Position numbers and translations under genes: made by a program. 64,000 nt of DNA. It comes from Thalia democratica (lineage: Eukaryota). The notes beneath the pieces were generated by a model, which was not told the origin of the DNA, did not search any database, and worked only from the letters and a program-made list of their open reading frames with translations. The DNA is taken from contig OZ241830.1 of assembly GCA_965202585.1 (NCBI GenBank), positions 72,726,001-72,790,000 on the forward strand, read 5' to 3'. How positions within the stretch are numbered: position 1 is the first letter of the stretch; each line of letters starts with the position of its first letter. Shown one piece after another: positions 63,171 to 64,000 of the stretch.

Positions 63171-64000
63171 ATACTGTTTTTTTAAATTTATGTACTAAAA
63201 TTTATTTTCTCCGTTTTTTTATTAGCACTTCAACCTCTTCATCTAATGAAGTCATGGTTTATCTAATTACTCATTTACTCTCTATCAGTAATAAGCTATT
63301 TATTTAACTAAAAAAGTAAACTTTAGTCAGATTTAGCATATAAGTTGTAAAATAAATCTAGTAATAAAATTTAGCGTATAAGTTAAAAATATCTAGTAAT
63401 AAAAAGTATTTACTTAAAACATGTTTTACTTATATAAATTGTTCACTTAGTTTTATAAAATACTACCCAAACTATACAATATAAAATCCTTAAATAAAAA
63501 ATAAAAAAGAATATAATTAAGTGACTGTAAAAAAAGACATAAAAAAGTAAACTATATATCTGTTGTATAAAATATTTCCTCTTATCATTTAGTATAAAAT
63601 TTGTAACAAATAAATATACTCTTATTTACTTTAAAAAGTTGAGTTACTCTACAAAAAATAAAAATAATAAGTAAATTTAATCTTGGCATATACCTCTCTT
63701 ATAACTTATTTAAAAAATTTAAACAAATTTGAAAAAATTATAAAGAGGTAAAGTATACACATTAACTTGTTACATCAAATACTAAACTAACTGGTTAGTT
63801 ATAAAGAACTCAATTGTTTACTTGGACAAAAAACTCTTTGATTCTAAAATTATGCTAGATAAACTTTTGTGTATATATCACAGTTTCACTATGGAAGTGT
63901 CCTTGCTGCAGATCATAAATACTAAAAAGCTTACAAAAACTGCTTGATAAAGTAGGGTAGTTGTTCAATATGTTAATATAAAATTTTTGCAGTATTATAA

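Noticed and set aside
62280-64000. Further upstream ORC3 exon
   Set aside because: No GT-AG bounded segment encoding the expected preceding sequence (e.g. V(I/L)xDxExF) was found; it probably lies beyond the window.

Overview
An AT-rich, intron-rich, transposon-dense window from an animal (invertebrate-like) nuclear genome; the host taxon cannot be fixed from sequence alone. Two conserved spliced genes reconstruct exon by exon with consistent phases: a complete 8-exon mitochondrial enoyl-CoA hydratase (ECHS1, +, 18812-28519) and the last 12 exons of ORC3 (-, 44404-62276). There are also GC-richer intronless ORFs: the C-terminus of an unidentified protein (1-354), a decayed ART/PARP-like fragment (~2356-2750), an intact 435-aa ORF resembling a negative-strand RNA virus nucleoprotein with an added 17-aa repeat N-terminus (6179-7486), and a DXO/Rai1-family nuclease with altered active-site residues (31727-32812). 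The main observations are: (1) the viral-N-like gene and the unrelated DXO-like gene sit behind the same diverged ~7.5-kb upstream block; (2) most ECHS1 exons and several ORC3 exons have decayed copies of their own splice junction in the adjacent intron ('exon-edge echoes'), often with the AG/GT lost; (3) two inverted 3-kb hAT-type elements bracket an in-frame 945-nt block of 8 ORC3 exons. All protein identifications are by recalled motif similarity, not database search.
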